DNA from: Pavona decussata
Taxonomy: Eukaryota
DNA: 64,000 bases
Assembly (NCBI GenBank): GCA_977016875.1
Contig: CDRNST010000034.1
Span: 62,001 to 126,000 of the forward strand
Direction: 5' to 3'
Under the pieces are notes generated by a model. It saw only the letters and a list, made by a program, of their open reading frames with translations. It was not told the DNA's origin and searched no databases. Of this stretch, positions 58,701-64,000 are shown in pieces. Numbering within the stretch: position 1 is the first letter of the stretch; every line of letters begins with the position of its first letter. Made by a program: the position numbers and the translations under genes.

Positions 58701-61700
58701 ACAAATAAAGGACAAGAACAGCTGAAACAGAATTTCTGTCACTGTTGTTTTCATTCAAAGTATCTATATAAGTGGTATTGTGTCAAATTTGGCGCACTGC
58801 CCAGTGTTAAAGTGGAGAAGGCATCAAGGTGACTGGGAACACTCAAAATATAATGAAAATATAAGGTTACATTTCCAAGTTGAAATTTATTTATGAAAAG
58901 TTTTTTTTTTTTTTGTAACTTTTACATTCTATCGCAGGGGTTTTAACTTAAGGCCAAACAGCATTCAAGAAAGTAGAATTAACCGTACGCTCATGAGAAA
59001 GAGTATATATTGACGAAAAGATATGTTTGATTTCTAATGTCTTGAACAAATATCTGATAACTAAGGATTTGGAAAATAGTCTAAAAAAAGCTAGCAAGAA
59101 TACAAGTATGATTAGTTAAAACTTAGAAAAAACGAGTCACCCTCACCAATCCACCTTTGCCTTCTCTCTTTTTATTATGTACTGTACATGGGCTTTAACA
59201 GCATGGATCAGGAGTTCCTTTGATTGTAGAATATGTCATTCTACGTTTGATATGCTTGTTTGGAACGTATACCTTTCATGGCCACAGCATAATTTCTGAT
59301 AATGGCGCATGGCATCTAAAAATCGGCGCTGTTTTGTTACAGAGGAGCAAAATGAAATATTTTAAGATCATTTACTTTTTTACAAAGGTGATGATTTAGT
59401 GATATCTCTCGTGCCACGACTTGCGTCCTTTTTTGAAATCACCTACCTACACAATCCACTCCATTACCAGAATAACCATTTAAACAAGTACAGTAGAATG
59501 ATCCTTTGGTGTTGGTACAGTTGGCGTCAGTATGACAGTTGTGAGCAAGACCACGATATTCAGCTGGTATCAGTTTGGGAAAACATTCATTCACATCTAA
59601 AACGAAATGCGCACAAAATGCTTAATTATTAACTATTGTAATATGCTTGTTCGAAGAAAAATCCAAAGAATCATTGTTATTAATAGAAGTGCTCTATTTA
59701 AACTTTGTTGAACTGGCCGATTTGCAGACTTTCCATCATACGTTCAGTAAGTTTTATAAATGAATAATACCTGCACAAATAACTCCATCTCCAGAGTATC
59801 CCCTATGACACGTGCAATAAAACGATCCTTTGGTGTTGGTGCAGTTGGCGTCAGCATGGCAGTTGTGGGCATATTTGCTGTGATGGGGAGCTAGGTTTTT
59901 ATCATCACACTCTGTTATATCTTTGACAAATGAAAACGGCAATAATTACAATGGAGGACCAAATCTAATTTGTTAAATGCAGTTTACATCTAAAAACATT
60001 GTCTTCACATATATAACATCAAGGCAGTCGTGCAGTAACGTGATGAGTTGATAATAGTGCAACTTACCAACACACGTGACTCCATCCCCCGAGTATCCCG
60101 TATGACAGGTACAATAGAATGATCCCTTGGTGTTGGTACAGTTGGCATCAGCATGGCAGTTATGTGTTCCAGCTGAACATTCATCGATATCTACATCGCA
60201 AAAAAGTACGTTACGAGCCAAAAGTGGCTGGAACTTGTTTTAAGAAACGGCTTTATACTTGCTTAAGAAGTAAAATTAGCGTTATGGATACTCTTAATGA
60301 TGTTCCATCTCTATCTTCAATATATTGAAATCGATGATAGTTGTAGTTTTAACCAACGATACCTGTAGTAAAATCTTGAATATTCCTATACGTGTCCTAC
60401 ATTCTGATCAGGCATACGCCATGGATTCGTCATTTCATTGACTTCGTAAATCGGCAGCAGGAAGGGCAACTGTTAAGGGTGTCAATTTTCATGTAAAACC
60501 CAGTTGAGCTGAGGACGTTTTTTACTACTCGTTGTCTTCCTTAAAACTTTTCTTCGTTCCAATAAAAGACACGTTTTACAACAAATTCAATATAACCTTT
60601 AGGAGAATCCTGTAAATATAACATTGATATGCTAAAATCCGCTGGGCTTAAAGCCGCCAGAAACAACGGGTTGCATAGAAAGGCATTGGAAAAATGACTA
60701 TTGGCAACCTCAAACTAATCGTATTTGGATAGTTTCTGGTGCCGAAAAATTCTCATACCCAAAGCATCTTTTGAAAACTATGAATCAGCTCCACAAAAAC
60801 CCTTGGGAGAGTCCATGGAGTGATCTTCACAACCTTTCTAGATGCTATTCCGTTATTGAGATAGAGAGGCAGTGTCGACTGAGTTTATCAATCTCTTGCA
60901 CTACTCTTGCAATGTCCAGGGCGTCACAGACGATGTTGTAAAACAACTTTCGTTTTGTGTCCTACCATTACAATCTCTTCCATGTCCAGAGTATCCCACC
61001 AGACATGTGCAGTAATAGGATCCTTTGGTGTTTGTACAGTTGGCGTCATCGTGACAAATATGAGCCAAGTGCTTGTACTCAGAGGACAATCCAGACGGGT
61101 GACATTCGTTGATATCTGAAGGGATAAATAAAATAAATATTAAGAACGTATAGAAAATGTATCGTGATTTGAGTAATTAAGCGAATTCGAGGACGTCGAC
61201 CTTATGCTCATTTCGTTTCAATCACGAGAACCTGAGAAATTCATTTGTTTAGTAATACTGATTTATTACGACCATTAACAAATTCGTCAGTTTCTAAAGA
61301 ATAAAAAATGAAATCATTTACTACCTCTTGATCTTGAAAATGAAAACCTTGTCTCCTGGTTACTGAGATATCGTTGCTAAATTATCGTCCCCGTAATACG
61401 CCAATTTCGATGTATTAAAATTCTAACTTGGCTCTGAGGCTGAGGCGAATAATAATGAAAAAAATCAAACCTGAACCCCAATGAAATTTCTTTCGTTTTG
61501 TTTTTCTAAATAAGAATTTTAGACCTTTTAGAGGGTGGACACATAATTTAAGAACATCTCGTAATTACCAACACATGTGACTCCGTCTCCTGAGTATCCC
61601 GTGTGACACGTACAGTAGAATGATCCTTTGGTGTTTGAGCAGTTGGCATCAGTGTGGCAATTGTGAGCAAGATGACGATATTCGTTGGATATTTGATCGG

Positions 61701-63944
61701 GTAAACATTCATCCACATCTAAGATGGAAAAAGTGGAGACATGATACGTTGAACAAGATCTCCTGATTAGTAGCGCGTAGCTTTTTGGTGTTATTTCTAA
61801 ACTAACTTTATAGCAAAAACACAGTGTGTGGGTTGTACCTATAGGGATCAGCATTCCGTTCGCGTTTCGTTTATACATAATAAAGTTTTTGCTTATTATA
61901 AATACCTAATTAGTTTATTTAAGTTTCGTTTCAAAACGTTTAAAGCTCAAAAGAGAAACCCACGTACCAACACACATGACTCCATCTCCAGAATATCCTG
62001 TTTGACAAGTGCAGTAGAAGGACCCTTTGGTATTTGAACAGTTAGCATCAGTGTGACAGTTATGAGCAAGAGGGCGGTACTCGTTAGACATCTTATCTGG
62101 AAAACACTCATCGACATCTGAAAAAATAAAGAGGAAAGACTGTCACACAATTCCGCGGACATGAAGTTCACCTAAATTTTTTTTATTTTTTTTTAATGGA
62201 ATTCGTTTCTTAAGTCATCGAGTTAAAAATAGAAGTTGTATGATGATTCCAACGGCTATACCGGATGGGACTTTTTTTTCGTCTGTGATGGGTCTCACCA
62301 TGCTTTTTGTGCCACGTGGTTCATAACGCACACATCTATATTTAACTCACCTGCACACGTGACGCCGTCTCCAGAGTATCCCGTGTGGCACGTGCAGAAG
62401 AATGACCCTTTGGTGTTGGTACAATTAGAATCACTGTGACAGTTGTCTTTCTCTGTGGCACATTCCTCGATGTCTAGAATGGGAGAGCGTAATTTTCTAT
62501 TTGGCACTGTTTTATTTTGTTACCTAAGCAAGACCAGGTTTGTGATCTCAACTCTGATCTGTAAACTCTGTCGCAAGTCTCAGTAACGCTAAACAAAACT
62601 GAATGTAATGCCAGATTCGCCTGATTCCGTTTGAAAATTGCAAATGATGACAGCACGGAAGCACAGAAGGCAAATAACTACCGTCGCTAATCTTTTCAGC
62701 TCACAAAGAAAGCCATAGTTCCTGTGCGAATAAGATGGAAACTTGGCTCCTATACAAATTTTCGAAACCTTTTTGTTTTCAAGATGCGTCATAGAACGAA
62801 ATGCCCTTGCTAACGCTCCTTGAGGGGAATAGAGACTCCACTGCTACGCTGACAGTCCAATTGAGATTCCACAAGTTCAGTTCATGTCGATACGCATGTA
62901 ACCGTGACTGCATTTCTGTTGGTAACTACCTTGAAGGGATGCCTTCCTAGTATTGACTTGTTTTACAAAAAAAAATAATAACTGATTTGCTTTAATGAAG
63001 CCATTTTGTTCATCAGTTGTAAATGACTTCAAAAATTTGGTTTTATAAACCGTGTTTCCAAAACAGGTTTATCAACCTTCGTAAATGTATAGTCATGGGA
63101 ATATCAAGAAATATGGATCAGGAGTTTCATGCTTTAAATGTACGAGAAAAATATAAATATTTTCTTGGATCAGTGGAGGCACAAGGTTGCACTCATAGCA
63201 GCATGTTATATGAATGATGGTTGGACAATAAGTACAGCTGTTACATTTAATTTTGAATTTCTGCATGTATAGAAAACCCATCAATACTGCTAAACGAACT
63301 CCTTACGTCAAGACGGCCTTGCAAATGAGGCGAGATATAATACTAAAATTCCAGAGTAAACTAATGTATTCGCCCCTTGTCAAGTTATAAGGTTAAAATT
63401 AAACTGAGTTGAAATTCAAAACTAAACAAATCTACCACATTAATAGCCACAATTAAGTTAGAATGGTATTTTTTAAGTTGTAGCACGACCCCACAAGCTA
63501 TTGCGTTGAAACTCATCGTGTATAAATGAAAGTTATGGTATGATATGGTAGATAGATGATATTGAACCCATTGGGAACTTTAACCCCACTGATGCGAAAC
63601 ATCTTTTCGTTTCTCATATCTCAGTTTAGAATCAGCCATACCCAATGGCATATGAAAATCAGCAGATAAACACAAACCATTAGAAAGTAGAAATACAGAT
63701 TGAAGTCGATTGTATGGAAGAAATTGAGACAGTTTTCAGAACCGCGCGGTACACTTTGAAGCTAAAGGTTGGCAGAGTACCCCCGGCCACCTACCTACAC
63801 AATCCACACCATTACCAGAATAACCATTTAAACACGTGCAGTAGAAAGATCCTTTGGTGTTGGTACAGTTGGCATCAGCGGGGCAATTGTGAGCAAGATG
63901 ATGATATTTGTCAGGTATCTGATCAGGAAAACACTCGTCCACAT
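6843..63944 (-). CDS. Giant adhesion GPCR (EGF-TM7/latrophilin-like architecture): >=63 cbEGF - SEA - 2 EGF - HRM - GAIN (with WSC-like insert) - GPS - 7TM; multi-exon, 5' end and C-terminal tail outside the window
   Basis: About 87 exons with AG/GT (one GC) boundaries that join in consistent phase without stops. GPS motif WLGNGC..VCHCSHL|TNFALL; secretin/adhesion-type TM motifs ([47 protein letters not shown]). Confidence 0.93.
8611..8848. mobile_element. MITE (PIF/Harbinger-like ends)
   Basis: ttaa|ggccgatttaga ... tctaaatcgacc|ttaa inverted termini. Confidence 0.55.
11651..12492 (-). CDS. GPS (autoproteolysis) exons
   Basis: Exons 12492-12440 ([17 protein letters not shown]) and 11774-11651 ([41 protein letters not shown]). 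Confidence 0.9.
13100..18019 (-). CDS. HRM and GAIN domain exons
   Basis: HRM 18019-17906 ([17 protein letters not shown]) and 17569-17466 ([16 protein letters not shown]). GAIN 17314-17111, 16802-16734 ([13 protein letters not shown]), 16553-16403, 16092-15928, 14457-14379 (FYKNLEELL), 13241-13100 ([12 protein letters not shown]). Confidence 0.85.
13585..13856. mobile_element. MITE-like inverted-repeat element
   Basis: tagagcggtttctaattcagtgtcgtaaa ... tttcgacactcaaatgaaaatagctcta imperfect TIRs; internal ccaatca repeats. Confidence 0.55.
14967..15257 (-). CDS. 291-nt phase 1-1 exon encoding a WSC-like cysteine domain, located inside the GAIN region
   Basis: cag|GA...G|gtaag boundaries; translation [43 protein letters not shown]...[20 protein letters not shown] follows the WSC-type pattern (GCF-D, C..C, FAVQ-G-WC, GG..AN-VY). 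Confidence 0.75.
18094..19572 (-). CDS. Two membrane-proximal EGF exons
   Basis: 19572-19459 ([27 protein letters not shown]) and 18219-18094 ([28 protein letters not shown]). Confidence 0.88.
18464..18778. repeat. Diverged local duplication (~110-130 bp)
   Basis: agatcgattcaacagaacaaa...tggataaagc.aaaatagcaactt occurs at ~18464 and ~18662. Confidence 0.7.
19666..20690 (-). CDS. SEA-like domain (3 exons)
   Basis: Exons 20690-20575, 20052-19988 and 19811-19666 splice in frame to ..[47 protein letters not shown].., which follows the SEA pattern. Confidence 0.7.
21097..27959 (-). CDS. cbEGF exons 51-63 (membrane-proximal, more divergent part of the array)
   Basis: Phase 1-1 exons: 27837-27959, 27587-27736, 27347-27496, 27115-27237, 26340-26489, 26036-26158, 25489-25611, 24831-24953, 24116-24238, 23493-23615, 22940-23062, 22111-22233, 21097-21222; D-I/L-D/N-E-C and C-x-N-x4-F/Y-x-C-x-C consensus. 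Confidence 0.9.
22316..22879. repeat. Near-perfect 281-bp tandem duplication (2 copies)
   Basis: cggataaaaaggaacgatg starts at both 22316 and 22597; the copies are nearly identical. Confidence 0.9.
28442..28597. other. Assembly gap (N run)
   Basis: 156 N bases. Confidence 0.99.
28642..28655 (-). promoter_or_regulatory. Conserved intronic 14-mer, copy 8 (after EGF exon 50)
   Basis: atggatcaggagtt on +; function inferred only from periodic conservation. Confidence 0.6.
28756..32037 (-). CDS. cbEGF unit 7 (exons 44-50; variant exon order)
   Basis: 31915-32037, 31631-31753, 30690-30839, 30310-30459, 29591-29740, 29314-29463, 28756-28905. Confidence 0.9.
32216..32229 (-). promoter_or_regulatory. 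Conserved intronic 14-mer, copy 7 (after EGF exon 43)
   Basis: atggatcaggagtt on +; overlaps TACTAAC in gene sense. Confidence 0.6.
32473..34855 (-). CDS. cbEGF unit 6 (exons 37-43)
   Basis: 34733-34855, 34471-34620, 33841-33990, 33605-33754, 33400-33522, 33146-33295, 32473-32622. Confidence 0.9.
36788..41552 (-). CDS. Spliced transposase (~1165 aa) of the Sola3-like element
   Basis: Predicted exons 41552-41159, 40538-40406 and 39758-36788 join in frame (..GIGS|PICGKCR..; ..LRNR|LLNETF..). Putative catalytic motifs [25 protein letters not shown]; Cys/His clusters; C2H2-like CPEEGC..H..H; SAP-like C-terminus. Confidence 0.8.
40732..40988. mobile_element. Tc1/mariner-type MITE nested in transposase intron 1
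   Basis: TA|ccgtaaaattccgaaaataagcccc ... ggggcttattttcggaattttacgg|TA: perfect ~25-bp TIR, TA TSD, internal ataagccc repeats. Confidence 0.85.
40991..41143. mobile_element. Short palindromic MITE-like repeat
   Basis: cacgtgac..ggcggccatgttggtggtcaa ... ttgacccccaccatggccgcc..gtcacgtg imperfect inverted arms. Confidence 0.6.
43137..43150 (-). promoter_or_regulatory. Conserved intronic 14-mer, copy 6 (after EGF exon 36)
   Basis: atggatcaggagtt on +. Confidence 0.6.
43244..47815 (-). CDS. cbEGF unit 5 (exons 30-36)
   Basis: 47693-47815, 47351-47500, 46888-47037, 46536-46685, 45966-46088, 44517-44669 (153 nt), 43244-43393. Confidence 0.9.
43528..44441 (+). mobile_element. pogo/Tigger-type non-autonomous element carrying a HIRAN-like ORF fragment
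   Basis: TA|cagtcaactct..taaggcggacacc ... ggtgtccgcttagagagagttgactg|TA; subterminal repeats tgtccgccttagagagag; ORF 43791-44150 contains [26 protein letters not shown]. Confidence 0.75.
48176..48189 (-). promoter_or_regulatory. Conserved intronic 14-mer, copy 5 (after EGF exon 29)
   Basis: atggatcaggagtt on +. Confidence 0.6.
48232..51258 (-). CDS. cbEGF unit 4 (exons 23-29)
   Basis: 51136-51258, 50837-50986, 50128-50277, 49630-49779, 49283-49405, 48891-49040, 48232-48381. Confidence 0.9.
48543..48590 (-). ncRNA. Minimal hammerhead ribozyme motif (Penelope-like element type)
   Basis: Minus strand gattcgct-CTGATGA-aggacttacgctc-GAAA-cgtc-agctctcgaatc: core boxes present, palindromic ACGT in place of stem III, flanks pair as stem I (gattcg/cgaatc). 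Confidence 0.6.
50496..50724. mobile_element. TTAA-targeting MITE (Kolobok-like termini)
   Basis: TTAA|agggccctagtcagcc ... ggctgactagggtcct|TTAA. Confidence 0.75.
51462..51475 (-). promoter_or_regulatory. Conserved intronic 14-mer, copy 4 (after EGF exon 22)
   Basis: atggatcaggagtt on +. Confidence 0.6.
51657..54291 (-). CDS. cbEGF unit 3 (exons 16-22)
   Basis: 54169-54291, 53859-54008, 53462-53611, 53098-53247, 52301-52423, 52060-52209, 51657-51806. Confidence 0.9.
54895..54908 (-). promoter_or_regulatory. Conserved intronic 14-mer, copy 3 (after EGF exon 15; 13/14 match)
   Basis: ttggatcaggagtt on +. Confidence 0.6.
54958..58159 (-). CDS. cbEGF unit 2 (exons 9-15)
   Basis: 58037-58159, 57422-57571, 56837-56986, 56582-56731, 55840-55962, 55578-55727, 54958-55107. 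Confidence 0.9.
59203..59216 (-). promoter_or_regulatory. Conserved intronic 14-mer, copy 2 (after EGF exon 8)
   Basis: atggatcaggagtt on +. Confidence 0.6.
59447..63944 (-). CDS. cbEGF unit 1 (exons 2-8) plus the last exon of the preceding unit (exon 1 of the window)
   Basis: 63795-63944; 62351-62473, 61968-62117, 61569-61718, 60966-61115, 60068-60190, 59771-59920, 59447-59596. Confidence 0.9.
63113..63126 (-). promoter_or_regulatory. Conserved intronic 14-mer, copy 1 (after EGF exon 1)
   Basis: atggatcaggagtt on +. Confidence 0.6.
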
Positions 63945-64000
63945 CTGAAAGGAACAGTTCAAGATTATTATTAGTTATTCACACTTAAGAATACAAATAA

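Noticed and set aside
28642-63126. 14-mer as a CRISPR repeat, C/D snoRNA end, Pol III B box or antisense start (MDQE)
   Set aside because: Copies are kilobases apart in a eukaryotic gene; no consistent box C upstream of the CUGA; no GTTCRA after it; one copy has TTG and there is no shared downstream ORF.

Overview
Eukaryotic (animal) genomic DNA; the repeat content resembles that of scleractinian corals (inference). Almost the whole window is one multi-exon minus-strand gene for a giant adhesion GPCR, with both ends outside the window. In gene order it encodes at least 63 tandem single-exon calcium-binding EGF domains, SEA, 2 EGF, HRM, a GAIN domain interrupted by a WSC-like exon, a GPS (HL/TNFALL) and a 7TM region. 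The EGF array is built from a 7-exon higher-order unit. The most striking signal is a 14-nt intronic element (ATGGATCAGGAGTT on +; AACUCCUGAUCCAU in the pre-mRNA). It occurs exactly once every 7 EGF exons (8 copies) in introns that otherwise look unalignable, and is a candidate selector or boundary signal for modular splicing of the ectodomain. Introns also hold an apparently intact 7.9-kb Sola3-like DNA transposon (TTAA TSD, long TIRs, spliced transposase, two nested MITEs), a pogo-type element with a HIRAN-like ORF fragment, other MITEs, a minimal hammerhead ribozyme motif, tRNA-derived repeats and a 6-kb purine-rich minisatellite. All exon boundaries were read by eye from splice signals and reading frame; no expression data or database searches were available.
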